DNA of 64,000 bases from the human T2T-CHM13v2.0 reference genome, Homo sapiens. The DNA lies in NCBI RefSeq assembly GCF_009914755.1, contig NC_060933.1. The stretch is one strand, 5' to 3'. This document shows, piece after piece, positions 1 to 13,282 of this stretch (the stretch's first letter is position 1; the number at the start of each line of letters is the position of its first letter). A program made the translations under genes and the position numbers. The notes under the pieces are model-generated. The model saw only the letters and a list, made by a program, of their open reading frames with translations. It was not told the DNA's origin and did no database searches.

Positions 1-519
1 AATTCAATTCCCCTTCTCCTGCCCTACTACCATCCTTCGGCTCAGAGCAGCCAAAAGCTGGAAAAATAGGCTCCACCCAGAAACTGTAACAAGATAACGA
101 TAAAGCACAGTTGGACGGATCAGGGGTAATCTACTGAGTTATCCCTGTTTTAAACCACTGTGTTTGCTTCTGTGCGTAGGAGAATCACCCCATGCTGAAG
201 GGCAAGTGGAACATTTGCACAGTTGCCCTTGGGAACATGAAGAACAACCGTTCCCTTAGCCAAGCCTAGGGCAGTGTGGAGATGAGGGGCACATGGGACG
301 CAGGTCCCTCTGCTACAAGCTTGACTGCCATCGGAAGCTGGGAGACACCAAAGGGTGGCCCCAGGGGCTCTCTGTCATCTTATGGTGACTCAAAAAATGC
401 ACATTCCTGCATTGATAACAATGGGTATTTTTATTACATGAAAATCTATGTACTTACTATTTGTATTCTTCCCAACATTCAACTGACTTTTCTACCTGAT
501 GCAAAATGCAGGAGGGCTG

Positions 520-596
520 TTCACTTCTTCCTCTCTTCCTCTTCTCCTCCTATTCTTCCTCTTTCTTCTCCTTCCTTCCTCCTTCCCCTCCTACTG
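520..596. repeat. CT-rich low-complexity tract
   Basis: Polypyrimidine run ttcttcctctcttcctcttctcctcc... Confidence 0.8.
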
Positions 597-1414
597 ATGT
601 TTTTATTTCTATCAACAAAAATGAGAAAAATCACTTTCAGTTACAAAGTAAGTCTGAAACTATATCAAAATAATTTAGATCTTTAGTAGATTGAGAAAAA
701 ACACACAAACTTTTTCAACTTGCAGGAATAAAAATGTCAAGATTATTAACTCTTCTTTATTTTTAGTGAACTATAAAACGGTTTATTGATAATTTCTGTT
801 GAGCAAGATGACTTCAGAGTTTATATCATCTAGGCCTTAAGATTTACTAGAATTTTAATGTATCATTCTAAAGATGTGCTCACAGAATACCCCTCGGTGT
901 TGCTTGACCGATAAAGGTACACGCTACAAACACATGGAGAAAAACGTGCAGAGCTATTCGTGCAAGAAATTAGTGGCCATTTAAATTCCTCACTTACCAA
1001 CAAAATAATAGATTCCTTCATCCTAAAGAGTGCAAGTGTATTTTAGTTCCATGCCATAAATATTTAAAACTATCTCATCTTACTGAAAATTTATATAACA
1101 CATGACCTTTGCAAAATTGCAACCTTTATTCTTCAAGCAAAACTTGGTTTCTGCTGGTCACCACAATGTGCTTCTTTTGGACACCATGTATAACTGAGAT
1201 TGAATTGTAACTGTTAGCAGTGGAGAAAGCCTGCGGCAAATCAACTCAATTGAATTTTGTGTTCACAGATGCTTTGAGTTTTACGGAGTCTTATATTCCA
1301 TTTTCAAGTGCATCATTCAGGACACAGGCCCATTTTCCATATCCCAGATCACCCAACCAGTCCAGGGCTATTTCAGAAACTTTCCTGAGCATATAATATA
1401 GACCAACGCTAGGT

Positions 1415-2093
1415 TGTAAACTAAGTATAAAATTCTAAGCCCCCCAACCAACTGAACAGAAACTTCTTGGCCAAGAGGACCCCAGAGAAAACTGAAAAGC
1501 TGTTTCTGGCCCTGAAAGAAAGGGAGGTCAGACACACCTTATCATACCTCCTCTGTTTTGGAGTTTGGACTCAACAAGTAACCAGCAGTGGTGTTAAAAT
1601 AGAGATCCTAAGACTGACAGAACAGACCCCGTGTGGCCATAAGATAACAAATTATGAACAAACCCTAAGGCCATGCAAGGCAGGTGTAAGTCAGGCCTGC
1701 AGGCCATCAGGCTTGCTAACCAGGGCATTTTATTGTGGCTGACTCTGACAGAGCATTCTTACCTTCCTTTCTGTCAACTCTAAGCTGTAGACAGGGCCTT
1801 ACTCCTTTAACCAATCACAAACCAGAGAATCCCCAAGTCCACCTACAACCTATAAGACCTCTCCTGAAGATAATCCCCCTTTCTGAACCGAACCAGTGTA
1901 TACCTTCCATGTGTTGATGTCTTTGCCCGTAACTCCTGCCTCCCTGAAATGTATAAAACCAAACCAACCCGGCCACCTCGGAACCACTTACTCAAGCCTT
2001 CTTGGTTGCGTGTTTTCTCCAGGCCTCAGTCACTCATATTGGTTCAGAATAAACCTCTTTAAAATATATTACAGTTTGTTTTATCCATTAACA
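1415..2093 (+). mobile_element. Solo ERV1 LTR, MER4 group (MER4D/E-like)
   Basis: Begins tgtaaactaagtataaaattctaagcccccc, AATAAA near 2048, ends ttaaca; 4-bp TSD aggt/aagt. Confidence 0.85.
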
Positions 2094-2439
2094 AAGTCAA
2101 GCAATTAGTTCTTAGATCTGAAAATATAACTATTACTGCACTAAAATAGATTAATGAAAGAGGATATACTAGATACAGGAATATGAATAGCACAAAATGT
2201 GGCACATTTGTGGAACACAGAAAAGGGATTCTATGAGTTAGCCAGTTAAAATAACTAAGGCCATGGCCATTTCACATCCCAGGTCCAGAATTTGAAAGAT
2301 CAAAGTATCTCCATAAAAAATATATATTTTCCCCTTCGTGCTTGAAGATGCAATAGGCAATGTTATAGTAAAGTCAGGAAACATGAGTCTGTCTTATTTC
2401 GTTTCGGACCCTGAGTTGGCTGTTTCACATCTTTCCACA

Positions 2440-3275
2440 AATTCACAGGCGTGACTTTAACTATCACTCATACCCTGTACTTTTTTTTTTTTTGAGACAG
2501 AGTCTTGCTTTGTTGCCAGGCTGGAGTGCAGTGGCGATCTTGACTCACTGCAACCTCCAACTCCCAGATTCCAGCGATTCTCCTGCCTCAGCCTCGCAAG
2601 TAGCTGGGATTACAGGTGCATGCCACCATGCCCAGCTAATTTTTGTATTTTTAATAGAGACAGGGTTTCAGCGTACTGGCCAGGATGGTCTCGATCTCCT
2701 GACCTCGTGATCCGCCCACCTCAGCCTCCCAAAGTGCTGGAAATAAAGGAATGAGCCACCGCAACTGGCCGCCCTATTTACTTTTAAATATATATTTCTA
2801 GTCCAGACTTTTCTTCCACGCCCATACTTGAATATTCATGCATCTTCTGAATTGTTTCCACTTGGATTTTTCTCAGACACCTAAGATTCAGCCTGTCAAT
2901 TCTATCCATCATTCTTCCAAATCCTCTTCCTGCCCCTGAGCTCCCCCTCCCAATGCCTAGCAGCATCATTCCCTCCTGACACTTCCTTCTTACCACCCCC
3001 CCACCTATGCCCTCCTGCCACAATTAAGTTCTGTGAACCCATTTTCTTAAAAACTCTTTAATTCTTGAATTCATATCATCATGACTTCTCACCTTCGCTA
3101 TTGTAACAAAATTTAATGATCTCCCTGCTTCTATTTTTTTGATTCCCTCTCACATTTCCTTCATAGCAATCTTTTAAAATTTAAATCTAACCCTGTCACC
3201 TTTACTTTAAAATCCCTACAAGGCTTCTTACTGCTTTCAGAGAAAAGTTTAGGCTTCTTAGTTCAGCATAGAAGA
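2440..3275 (+). mobile_element. L2 LINE fragment interrupted by Alu
   Basis: L2-like motifs (tctagtccagac...tccacttggat...; tttactttaaaatccctacaaggcttcttactg). Confidence 0.6.
2481..2770 (-). mobile_element. Alu (AluSc-like)
   Basis: Poly-T followed by antisense Alu dimer. Confidence 0.97.
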
Positions 3276-3689
3276 CATCTGTTGGTTAAATGTTGAGTAA
3301 ATTAAACTTTGAGGTTTTATTAGGTAAATTAAAATCCTTTAACCTCTAAGAACTCTAGCATCCTAGATGCAATACCAAATCCTCTATCTAGTACTTCCAC
3401 CAGGGCACCTCCCTCTGCCCATATACTGACCCCATCCCAACTACTTAACAACCCATAGGTTGTCATAAAGAAAACAGAGACTGACAAGGCTTAGAGACCC
3501 TTAGAATACTTTTATAACCTCTTCATTTTCATAGTACCTTGAGTGCAAGCTGCTCCATCTGAGACACGACTCTTTAGAGATGAAGCTAATCAAATCAGTA
3601 CATGTTCAGCCCCCTTGCTATCCAGCTCCTCACCATACCATAACACTCCACATGCCATAACCAGTGCCTACCCCTTCACAAGTACTTGG

Positions 3690-4186
3690 CAAGGGGCAAA
3701 ATAAGAAGATTTTGATACCTTCTAGAGAAGACTAAAATCATCACCATGCCCAGTCAGGTTTTTCATCTGTTCTTCTGAGGGCAGCTGCAAGAGGTTGCCT
3801 AAGAGACTTTATCTGCATAGTGACAGCCTTTGTTCAGTGCAATTCCACCCCTCACCTTCCCATAACTTGTCCTGTTCAAATTCCAAAGAGAATAATTTAT
3901 AAACTAATTTCTGTCTCCCAGGCCCATTCAGTTCTCCTGAAAAGCATTTTACTATTCCTCAAAATTACCTGCACACTAATCTCCCCTCTTCCCTACAAAA
4001 AGAATGCTATTTAAGCCTCAGCTGTCTGGCCCTTCTTTGAGTCTCATATTTATAGGGCTCGCATTTTCATGTACATATTAGCAAATCTGTGTGTGTTTTT
4101 CTCCTGTTAATCTATCTATTGTCAATGTATTTTGGCAGGATAACTCAGTTATCACACCTCCAGAGGAAAAGTTTAAACTTCTCTAC
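3690..4186 (+). mobile_element. ERV1 LTR, MER34-like; 5' boundary uncertain
   Basis: actttatctgcatag...cctttgttcagtgcaattccacccctcaccttcccataacttgtc; ends ctctaca. Confidence 0.65.
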
Positions 4187-5002
4187 ATGTATTACTCACA
4201 GTTTTTGCCATGGTCTCCTAATCATTCCAAAGTCTATGTGCCTGCATGATTCAAATAAGCTTGATTCTCTCCTTGCTTGGCACACAATGGAAAAGAATCT
4301 ATAACTCATATTAATAAGTTTCATTTGTAAATGGGAATCATAGAGACCTTTAAAACCAGCCCTAAATGTGAGGCATTAGATCAATCTAGAGTCATTTGCA
4401 TTCTAATAGGTCAAAGTTATCTCAATGCTGTATTAATACGTTTTACCATATTTAAAGAAGAACATAAAAATGGAATTGCATTCCGATTTTTTTCATTAAA
4501 GTTAATTTAACCAAATTTCATAGCTTAAAGGCACACAATTCAACTATCTAGATGTAACAGTGAAATACAGTTTCTGAACTGCTTTGACTAGTAGACAAGA
4601 TATATTTCTTAATTCCACTTTTATTTTACTTATTTAATCTTCAGGCTATACAACAGTAAGGAACAAACAATGACATTCTCATCTCAAGGCACAAGCATTT
4701 ATATTATCATTCCCAGTGGGGATGTTGCAGAAGCAAGTTTTAGGTCAACAAGATTTAATTTGTTTTTACTTCTTTTGAAATCAAATCATAGGGTTTTTTA
4801 AAAATAAAATGAGAAGTATACGGAAATAAATCATATATAAAGTTATAGGTTAGACATTGAGCTCAAATGTTAAATAAGACAGAATGAGAAAATCAATTCT
4901 CCCCCAAGATTAAGAAAGGTGAGAAAAATGTACCAGCACTAGGAGGATGGTAGGGACAGGCTTCCTCCTGCTTGGTTTTATGTATTTAACAAACCTGTCT
5001 TG

Positions 5003-5240
5003 GCTACTATGTGCTAGACATTGATCTATGCACTTTAGAATATTAATTCACCTTTATAGAAACCAATGAAGAGGTTTAGATATTACTATTTTATCCATTT
5101 TTAAATGGGAAAAGGAAAGCCATAGAGATTAGGAGACTTTCTTCAAGTCACGTGCTTAATAAGTGGTAAGTGGCAGGGCAGGGATCAAATCCCAGGTGTC
5201 TGGCTTCAGAATTGTCTCAGCCACTGGGCCATGCTGCCTT
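5003..5240 (-). mobile_element. MIR
   Basis: Antisense MIR core (ccatttttaaatgggaaa...caagtcac...aagtggcagggcagggatcaaatcccagg). Confidence 0.8.
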
Positions 5241-5285
5241 GGTATCCCTTTATAAAATCACTAACTGGGCACAGAAAATACATCT

Positions 5286-5668
5286 GGGTATGGGATTTGC
5301 AAATGTTTTCTCCAAGTCAGTAGCAAGGCTTTTCATTTTTGTTTCGGTGTCTTTTGAAATCCAATTTATTAATTTGTTATTTTACAGATTGTGCTTTCGT
5401 TGCCTTAGCCAAGAAATATTTGACTAACCCGAGGTCACAGAGACTTGCTTCTGTTTCATTCTAGAAGTTTTATAGTTTTAACTTTTACATTTAGGTCTAT
5501 GAACCATTCTGAGTTCATGTTTACATATAATGCAAGGTAAGGACCAAAGTTCATTTTTTTTTGTATATCTAAAAGTCCCAGTACCATTTGTCACACGGCT
5601 CTCCTTTCTCCACTGGACTGCTTTGGTGCTTTTGTTGAAAAATCTATTCTCCATATACATGGGGTTCA
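5286..5668 (-). mobile_element. Old L1 (L1M) ORF2 fragment
   Basis: Minus frame reads FNKSTKAVQWRKES, resembling the L1 ORF2 C-terminal region. Confidence 0.8.
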
Positions 5669-5756
5669 AGAAGTATTTTTATCACATTTTATAGGAAAAT
5701 GGAGGTGTTGGTGAAAAAAGCCAAACTCTGTAGAATATTTAAAGAAGTTTATTTTG

Positions 5757-6262
5757 TGTTGGGAACAAGCCCCCCAAAATCTGGTCATAAACTGGCCCCA
5801 AAACTGGCCATAAACAGGATCTCTGCAGCACCGTGACATGTTCATGATGGCCATAATGCCCATGCTGGAAGGTTGTGGGTTTATGGGAATGAGGGCAAGG
5901 AACACTTGCCCCGCCCAGGGCAGAAAAACACTTAAAGGCATTCTTAAGCCACAAACAATAGCATGAGCGATCTGTGCCTTAAGGACATGCTCCTGCTGCA
6001 GTTAACTAGCCCAACCTCTTCCTTTAATTCGGCCCATCCCTTCCTTTCCCATAAGGGATTCTTTTAGTTAATTTAATATCTGTAGAAACAATGCTAATGA
6101 CTGGCTTGCTGTTAATAAATACGTGGGTAAATCTCTGTTCGGGGCTCTCAGCTCTGAAGGCTGTGAGACCCCTGATTTCCCACCTCTATATTTCTGTGTG
6201 TGTGTCTTTAATTCCTCTAGCTCAGCTGGGTTAGGGTCTCCCTGACCGAGCCGGTCTCAGCA
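5757..6262 (+). mobile_element. Solo MER9 LTR (HERV-K9/HML-3)
   Basis: tgttgggaacaagccccccaaaatctggtcataaactggccccaaaactggcc...ggtctcagca; 6-bp TSD attttg/attctg. Confidence 0.9.
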
Positions 6263-6703
6263 ATTCTGGGCCAAATATGAGTGACCATGGCTCAAGGCAC
6301 AGTCTCAAGAGCTCCTGAGAACATGTGCCCAAGGGAGTCGGGCTACAGCTTGGTTTTATTATTTAGGAAGACATAAGACATCAATCAATACATGTAAGTT
6401 ATACATTGGTTCGGTCCAGAAAGGTGGGACAACTCAAAGTGGCGGTGGGGGTGGGAGGTGGTTGGGGCTTACAGGTCATAGGTGGATTCAAAGGTTTTTC
6501 TGATTGGCAATTGGTTGAAAGGGTTAAGTTACCATCCAAAGGTTTAGAATCAATAGAAAGGAGTGTCTGGATTAAGATAAGGGGTTGTGGAGACTAAGGT
6601 TCTTCTTATGTAGATGAGGTCTAATAGGTGGCCACCCTTAGAGAAAAATAGATGGTAAATATTTCCTATTCAGATCTTTAAAAGGTGCTAGACCCTCAGT
6701 TAA

Positions 6704-7046
<343 letters not shown>

Positions 7047-8124
7047 GGAGATTCTTTATAGATGCAAATCTTGCCCCACAAAAGATGGCTCTGCAGGGCC
7101 ATTTCAAAATATGGCAAAGAGACATATTTTGGGATAAAATATTTTGATTTCCTTCTTTATCTGTCATGTAATATTATACTAGAGTTGGGTTGAAATGTGG
7201 TATCTTGTTACAAAGGTTGTGTTTTGTCAGTGTTATGATCTCTGTTTCAGTGTTAATATTGGTGGCTTGTGCCTGAACTCCTCCTGTCCTGGCCTGACCT
7301 AGCTTTTCAGGTTTCTTTGGGCCCCCTTGGCTAACAGAGGGGTCCATTTTAGTCGGTTGGAGGCTAAGAATTTTATTTTTGGTTTACAAAGATGTCAGAC
7401 TATTAATTAACTCACTGAAGGTCACACAGAAACTAGACTCCCATCACATCCCAAATCCATTTTTTCTCCGTGACTTCAGCAAGCTACTGAACTGTGCTTT
7501 TCTCTTTCCTTAAATATAAGATGAGAATGAGTTCCAGTCCCTACCTACCCAGCTGTCTGACCAAGCTCATTTCTTCCCGATTTCCTATTGATTGACGTTA
7601 GACAATTCAGGCCTGTGTCCTGGTTTTCTTTTTTTAAACATGAAGCCCCCATTCCTGTACCGAAGAACCAAAGTGGACCCTGACCAGGAGGAATTGAGGC
7701 ACCTTGTAGCCTTGGCCTCTCACATTGCCTTTCCAGGAATTGACCTGAGACACCACAAATGGGTTATTCAATGGGAGATGCTGAAGTAGGCCCTGGAAAA
7801 AGACTCCTGGAACCAAGGCTGCCCTTTAGGAGCCATCATGATGGAGACTCATACAAAGGAGTAATCAGAAAAGCCTCTTTGCAGAGACACTAAGAAAAAG
7901 GGGTGGCCACTTGGAGAGATGCTGAGATGAGAAACCTCAGCTCCTGGGCCTCAGTCCTCTGTTCCAAACACTTAAGAGGCTGATAGTCAGCTGTCTCCTA
8001 TATGTTTATAAGTTTACTTCATTTTTTACTAGAAGTTAGTTTAAAGGAGTTACTGTCTTATGATGAAATGATCCCTGAGACGAAGGGTTTCTGCAGAGAT
8101 TAAATATGTTTAAATAAGGAAATA

Positions 8125-8216
8125 TTTAGGTTGAAAAATATAAAATTGCAGATATGTGACCATTTTTAAATAAAAATATTTAAATAAAAAAAGCAATGTC
8201 ATCTGCTTTAATCTAG
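8125..8216. mobile_element. Small mariner-derived MITE (MADE2-like)
   Basis: Imperfect palindrome ttaggttgaaaaatataaaattgc ... gcaatgtcatctgctttaatctag. Confidence 0.45.
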
Positions 8217-8279
8217 CATACACTGCAGTGCTTAGCATGGTACCTGAGAGCATCAGTTCCTCACTAGCCTGGCCTTGTC

Positions 8280-8452
8280 AGAGCTTGTCTTCATTTGAAA
8301 TGTTGGTATTTTGCTCATAATGAATTTTTTGCATTCATTTTGATATTTTAATATTATGTTAACTATTTATCTTAATGACTGAATTTTTTGGTGACTTCTC
8401 AGTTTTGCACACGAGGCAAATGAGGCAGTTGCTCACCTCAGTCCTGGCCCTG
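8280..8452 (-). mobile_element. hAT DNA transposon fragment (MER96B-like)
   Basis: Ends ctcacctcagtcctggccctg; AT-rich body matches the recalled MER96B consensus. Confidence 0.65.
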
Positions 8453-8491
8453 ACGCAGAGCTCATCATTAGCTCGTTAATAGTGTACTTGT

Positions 8492-8793
8492 GGTTGGGTG
8501 CGGTGGCTCACGCCTGTAATCCCAGCACTCTGGGAGGCCAAGGCGGGCGGATCATGAGGTTAGGAGATTGAGACCATCCTGGCTAACATGGTGAAACCCC
8601 ATCTGTACTAAAAATACAAAAAATTAGCCAGGCGTGGTGGTGGTCGCCTGTATTCCCAGCTGCTTGGGAGGCTGAGGCAGGAGAATGGCATGAACCTGGG
8701 AATTGGAGCTTAGCTTACAGTGAGCCAAGATCACGCCACTGCACTCCAGCCTGGGTGACAGAGCAAGACTCTGTCTCAAAAAAATAAAAAAAA
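8492..8793 (+). mobile_element. AluY
   Basis: Y diagnostics (accatcctggctaac, agaatggc); TSD agtgtacttgt/agtgtacgtgt. Confidence 0.97.
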
Positions 8794-9087
8794 GTGTACG
8801 TGTTTGTTGTATTATTGAAGTTACTCATGGAAAATAACTGGATTGCAATCAACCAGTCCTTTTGTAATCAGTGTATCTGATTCATTAAAAGACAGTCTTA
8901 AAAAGTACTCCACACTCTGATGATGGAAAATTGCCCACATATCAGTACTCACACAAGATATACAATCTTTTTTTTTTTTTTTTTTTTTTGAGTTTCAAGC
9001 TGTCAAGTCGTGAAAGAAAGGATATATTTTTAGAATGTGGCTTTAGGGAGGAGTTGAAGAAGAAAAAACATTAATTTAGTGTCTGTT

Positions 9088-9250
9088 CCCTGCTAGGCAC
9101 CGTTCAGGTAAATTACAGATGTTAACTCATTGAAACTCAGAGCTACTCTGAAAAGTGGGTGCTGTTACTCTCACTGCAGAGACAAGAAAACTGATTATAA
9201 TGAATAAATCAAGATCACATAGCAAGTAAATGACAGACATGCAGTTTGAT
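9088..9250 (-). mobile_element. MIR
   Basis: Degenerate antisense MIR core (caagatcacatagcaagtaaatgacaga). Confidence 0.6.
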
Positions 9251-9429
9251 GATTTTAAATATTTTCACAACACCATGCTGTCTCTCACTTAGTTTAGAAT
9301 AATTTTGTGTCACTCTAGATTATATTTTCACTTTAAAAATCCTAGGAGCCCTAGAGACTATGGTAAAACAATACCTTTTTAAATCAGCACTTTACATAAT
9401 TCTGGGATTTATTTTTTATTATATTGTTC

Positions 9430-10129
9430 TTTTTTGAGATGGAGTCTTGCTCTGTTGCCCAGGCTGGAGTGCAAGGGCACGATCTCGACACTCTGCAACC
9501 TCTGCTTCCTGGGTTCAAGTGATTCTCCTGTCAACCTCCTGAGTGTCAGGCCTCTGAGCGCAAGCTAAGCCATCATATCCCCTGTGACCTGCACATATAC
9601 ATCCAGATGGCCTGAAGTAACTGAAGAATCACAAAAGAAGTGAAAATGGCCTGTTCCTGCCTTAACTGATGACATTACCTTGTGAAATTCCTTCTCCTGG
9701 CTCATCCTGGCTCAAAAGCTCCCGCACTGAGCACCTTGTGACCCCTGCCTCTGCCCGCCAGAGAGCAACCCCCTCTTGACTGTAATTTTCCTTTACCTAC
9801 CTAAATCCTATAAAATGGCCCCACTCCTATCTCCCTTCGCTGACTCTCTTTTTGGACTCAGCCCGCCTGCACCCAGGTGAAATAAACAGCCTTGTTGCTC
9901 ACACAAAGCTTGTTTGGTGGTCTCCTCACGTGGACACGAGTGAAACCGATAGCTGGGATTACAAGTACCCGCCACTATGCCCAGCTAATTTTTTTTATTT
10001 AGTATTTTTAGTACAGACAGGGTTTCACCATGTTGCCTAGGCTGGTCTCGAACTCCTGAGCTCAGGCAATCTACCTGCCTCGGCCTCCCAAAGTGCTGGG
10101 ATTACAGGCATGAGCCACTGCCTCTGGCC
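9430..10129 (-). mobile_element. Alu (AluS) split by an LTR7 insertion
   Basis: Alu halves at 9430-9543 and 9946-10129 join in register. Confidence 0.95.
9544..9945 (+). mobile_element. Solo HERV-H LTR (LTR7/LTR7B)
   Basis: tgtcaggcctctgagc-caagctaagccatcatatcccctgtgacctgcac...cctataaaa...aataaa...gtgaaa; degenerate 5-bp TSD ctgag/ccgat. Confidence 0.95.
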
Positions 10130-10239
10130 TTATTTTTTAAACTGGGAGTCAATTGCCAGGCTACTGTATACCTTTGCATTTATAAGTCATAAGTGTTCAT
10201 ACGCAGCCATGAGGTGCTAGGAGGAAGAAGCTCTTCCAC

Positions 10240-10330
10240 GGATTCATTCAGGCATTCACCGAACAAATATCTGAGACTTCATGCTGTGCTAGGCCCTAAG
10301 AAAATGACAGATTGCTCCTGCCCCACAGGA
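10240..10330 (-). mobile_element. L2 3' end
   Basis: attcattca...aacaaatatctgag...tgtgctagg. Confidence 0.55.
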
Positions 10331-10364
10331 CCTACTTACAACGTAGGGAGACACTGTGTGTTGA

Positions 10365-10590
10365 AATAATTTGCTGGCCACTTAGAAAAAACATTATGTT
10401 TGGATTCCTGTGTCACAACTCACCTCAAAACCAATCCTGGAAGCACATAAGAATTAATGTGAAAATTAAAACATAAAAGAGCTAGGTAAAAGTAAAAAAA
10501 AAAATCCTTGTGGCTTACATGTGGACTTTGTAGATATAATACTGAAAGCTAGAAACCATAAAGAAAATATTGTAACTTAAAAGTTCCCTT
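10365..10590 (+). mobile_element. Old L1 (L1ME-like) fragment
   Basis: A-rich ORF2-like sequence (ttaatgtgaaaattaaaacataaaagagctag...aaccataaagaaaatattg). Confidence 0.55.
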
Positions 10591-11269
10591 GACCACGGAG
10601 CTCTCTCACCTGAACACTAGTAAAGCACTGCGCAGATTCACAACTCATCCTGTCATTGTTTTCCTTATCAACACTAGCCCTGACAACTGTTGTAAAAACA
10701 AAACTTGTCAGCACAATTTTTAATTGCTGCAACTTTTCCATTTTGAAAATTCAGGTTCTGCTCTTCACAGTGTAGCATCAAACAGTCAGAGTTGCTGCTT
10801 ACCATGATCTCACCAAGCCAAGGGGACCAAGCCTTCTTCCAACTTATTCTCCAGCCTACTGTGAAAAAAGTCATCAGGTAGCGGGAGAGAAAGTAGAGCA
10901 CGTGCATTTCAAAGAACCTTAACTGGAGTCATCGGAGACTTCAGAACGTCTTGTCATGTTCTTATTTCCTCAGTAAATGCAGAATAATAAGCATGTGGCC
11001 ACAAGCTTTGGCAATGAACACAGCCTAATCAAAGCTAATGCAAGTCAGGCAGGGCCTCCAAAGAGGCCCTGTCTAATCTTTGCACCGTCCTTTTAATACG
11101 TTCGAAGGGCTTCTACACATTTAACCCCAAGAAGCACAAAGGCAGGAGCCTAAATTAAGTTCAAGAAGACGTCTCACCCACCTTGAGTGACAGGTGGGTA
11201 GAGAGCACTGGTGACACTGTTGTTCCCTCCCCAACAGCCCCACAGAAATGCAAAGCCAGTCAGATCCAA

Positions 11270-11675
11270 CCCCGACTGCTCATCCTCCTGTCTTTTCTAT
11301 CTCAGTTAATGAAATGGCCATCTACTCAAATCCTCAAGCCAGAAACTTATCATTGTTTCTCTTTCCTCTCTCCTGGTCCTCACAGCTGTTCTACCTTCTG
11401 AATACAATCCATGTCTCACCAGCTCTAAACCAGACTCTGGGCTCTGAGCCAGCATCGTCTGTAGTGGGATGTAGTGGCCCCCTGAGGAGTTTATATCCCC
11501 CAACTCCGCCTACAAACATCGAGAGTGATCTTTTGAAAATGTAAATCAGATCATATCACTCCCATGCTTCAAAGCTCTTGAAATGCTCCCCGGCCACTTT
11601 GAATGACATACAAATTCCTAGTGGTGGCCTCTAAGACTCTACATGATTTGGTCCTGACTGGGTTTCTGACCTTTG
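11270..11675 (+). mobile_element. L2 fragment
   Basis: tctatctcagttaatg...ctcaagccagaaac...gtgatcttttgaaaatgtaaatcagatcatatcactccc. Confidence 0.8.
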
Positions 11676-12461
11676 TGATCATGTAGCTATTAAGCAACAC
11701 TTTAACTGATTATTTGTAGAGGTCCACAATGGATTATAGAATATTATATATAGTTGAGAACAATATTTAAAAGAATATGTAGAGAAATACACACACACAA
11801 TACACACATGCATATATACGTGTATATACACCTATGATTATATTTTAGAGAATGCATATGCTCATGCCACCATAGGAAGCACACAGGACCAGCCTCCTTG
11901 TTGTCACATACTCCCCTTTACAGAAAGAGCCCCAAAACAATTGTTGCCCTCTTCTCAGGGGGCATTTCAGAATCCTTGGGAAGGATATTCACTTAAACGC
12001 TTTCCATTTTGGCAATGAATAATATCTTAAGAGGGTTAGAACACTTGTCAACGACCACTTACACATATTTTTTTCCTAAACTTCATGCTCTTCAAAATTG
12101 AGAAAAAAAAATTAAGAACTATTCTTGTCTTCAAGAAGACAAAGAATACAGTCTGCCTGAATTGTGAATTCAAAGGTATATTCTCTCATTCAAATTACTA
12201 TTTCTATTGTGTAGAATTTCTCCTCTCATTCAAAAGAAAGAAATGTGAATCTTCTCATAGGGAGGGATGTGTAGCATTTATGTTCTGGAAAAATCCTCTG
12301 TGATGAGCCGCATTGTGCATGTGATGCCCACACCCTTCTCAGGATGTGAATCGCAGAGTCCATCATATCAGTGAGCCAAGAAGCTTGGGTATGTTTGCCA
12401 ATGACTTAATACACAAGAGTGTGTGTTTTGGAAATTATATCTAACATAATGTTCATTTTGG

Positions 12462-12612
12462 AAAGCACTTACTCTGTGCCAGACAGTGTGCTGAATCTTA
12501 TGCGTGAATCATCTCTTAGCTCGAGACTTTTTTTTTAAATGAGATTTATATTCTCATTTTACATGCAAGATGAATGAGCCAACTTTAGAGATTGAGCAAC
12601 AGGTTCCCAGAA
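12462..12612 (-). mobile_element. MIR
   Basis: agcacttactctgtgccagacagtgtgct...attctcattttaca. Confidence 0.6.
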
Positions 12613-12707
12613 ACAGAGCATGTACGGTCTATGCTCTGCCGCACCCATGAATTAGCATATATTGAAAACTATGTAGGGGCAACAAATGCACAGTACCCCA
12701 TATAACT

Positions 12708-13216
12708 TGCTGGGGACCAGAACATGATACCTCCAAATATGGTGCCTTGGCAATCGAGGAAACTGCAGAACAAGAAAGTCACTCTGACCTCCTCCCACCT
12801 TTCTGTGTAAAACATAGTTATAAACGATTTCTCTGACCTTCCTCACCTGAAATTAAGTTGTAAGACCCTCACTCCATAGGAGCCCTGCCCCATTCCCAGG
12901 GGGAAGGAATGCTACTCAGAAAGGCCAAGGAGAATCTGAACAAGAGACCTTTCTAAGTTCCCCCCAGTTTATTACCATTACGTCACACCCTTTCATCCAA
13001 TCATAGTTCTACATGACTGTTTATTCTATATCAAACCTAAGCATACAAGTACACGCTTTTCTCTAGATCTTCATTTCTGAAACCTCCTGTGCCATGCAAA
13101 ACTTCAGTTAAATAAATTTTTATGCTTTTCTCTTGTTAATCTGTCTTTTGTTATCAAGGTGTCAGCCATGACCCTTGTGATGGGTGAGGAAAAGGTATTG
13201 CTTTTTCACCCCTACA
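12708..13216 (+). mobile_element. ERV1 LTR, MER39/MER34-like
   Basis: Starts tgctggggaccagaacatgatacctccaaatatgg; ends aataaatttttatgcttttctcttgttaatctgtc...cccctaca. Confidence 0.8.
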
Positions 13217-13282
13217 AAACCCATAACATGTTAGCTCAGTCAGAGCCTTCCCCCTCAAAAAGTAACATGCTAATTTCTTTTA

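Noticed and set aside
276-686. 136-aa ORF
   Set aside because: Starts at GTG, runs through a CT low-complexity tract and has no recognisable domain.
997-1022. Possible 26-nt minus-strand micro-exon (ctctttag|...|gtaagtg)
   Set aside because: Too short and isolated to tell from chance without RNA data.
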